Positions 63,901 through 64,000 of a DNA stretch of 64,000 nucleotides are shown piece after piece. The stretch's first letter is position 1; every line of letters starts with the position of its first letter. Position numbers and translations under genes: made by a program. Below the pieces are notes generated by a model. The model searched no databases and was not told the origin of the DNA. It saw only the letters and a list, made by a program, of their open reading frames with translations. The DNA lies in assembly GCA_963800555.1 (NCBI GenBank), contig CAWDBH010000005.1, positions 12,313 to 76,312 on the forward strand, given 5' to 3'. This stretch comes from an uncultured Candidatus Micrarchaeota archaeon (GTDB lineage: Archaea > Micrarchaeota > Micrarchaeia > Anstonellales > Bilamarchaeaceae).

Positions 63901-64000
63901 TTATCTGCGTGCTGACCGAATAATCTGAGTATATGCCGGTCTCTACGCTGGAGATGTTGTTGTAGAGTATGCTCGTGGAATTCTCATCCTGCAGATTGAT
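57954..64000 (-). CDS. giant surface protein A (more than 2000 aa, 5' end outside window): beta-helix blocks, repeated ~70-aa modules, alpha/beta insert, Cys-knot modules, TM anchor. It needs two frame corrections, so it is either a pseudogene or an assembly artefact.
   Basis: Three collinear ORF pieces lie in three frames: >64000..61547, 61641..about 58060, and 58214..57954. The repeat register continues across the 61.55-kb junction (..RLSGSSGN / HFTNNSITSD..). The last piece encodes a typical anchor, WLLWIVIIVVVAGVGYYLISRKPPKPR. The frame is open to the window end. Confidence 0.6.
58343..58840 (-). repeat. C-terminal module duplicated between proteins B and A, copy 2
   Basis: TGHSTSKSSVQLSESFNCSSGQLTVSSGVPGL..QTDSSGEAVFTV..CTEDSMCDQGQQCVDQSCAPIECSCG..CVPYACCYDSDCASGQSCQDHSC. 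Confidence 0.7.

Noticed and set aside
1-64000. CRISPR arrays, cas genes, rRNA genes, reverse transcriptases, and restriction-modification or other named defence systems.
   Set aside because: I saw no regularly spaced direct repeats and none of the corresponding protein motifs on either strand. Fic and TnpB are the only defence- or mobility-flavoured genes.

Overview
Archaeal chromosomal window, moderately GC-rich by eye. The archaeal call rests on ribosomal proteins P0/P1/L1/S10/eL41, Cdc48, Bud32, an SRP RNA, a tRNA with a bulge-helix-bulge intron, TATA-box/leaderless starts and oligo-T terminators. All calls come from reading the ORF track and the DNA by eye. No database search, folding or composition calculation was run.

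Housekeeping content:
- pyrB-pyrI-rps10, tmk, and rpl1-rplP0-rpl12
- a ribose-1,5-bisphosphate isomerase / AMP phosphorylase pair
- Cdc48, an S2P protease, Bud32, Lrp/AsnC regulators, and two ABC transporter modules

Accessory content:
- A radical-SAM-rich cluster with a pyrimidine theme at 1-7.5 kb. It holds three rSAM genes (one fused to a uridine-kinase-like domain, one frameshifted), a TrmB-like regulator, a ThyA-family enzyme with Asp at the base-specificity position, and a translationally coupled methyltransferase. This is my best candidate for an undescribed system.
- A Fic gene.
- A complete IS200/IS605 element (tnpA+tnpB), an IS4/IS5-type element with perfect inverted repeats and an 8-bp target duplication, and a solo tnpB abutting an intron-containing tRNA-Glu.
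- A second small rSAM cluster with a degenerate IMPase-like gene at 25-30 kb.
- Paired paralogs of two uncharacterised families.
- A divergent pair made of a 27-aa poly-acidic peptide and a Cys-rich protein.
- More than 11 kb of giant, repetitive beta-helix surface-protein genes at the right edge.

The 2951-aa ORF in the track looks like a chimera of two genes. The upstream gene runs off the window and needs two frame corrections. The downstream gene carries an ice-binding-like (DUF3494) domain.
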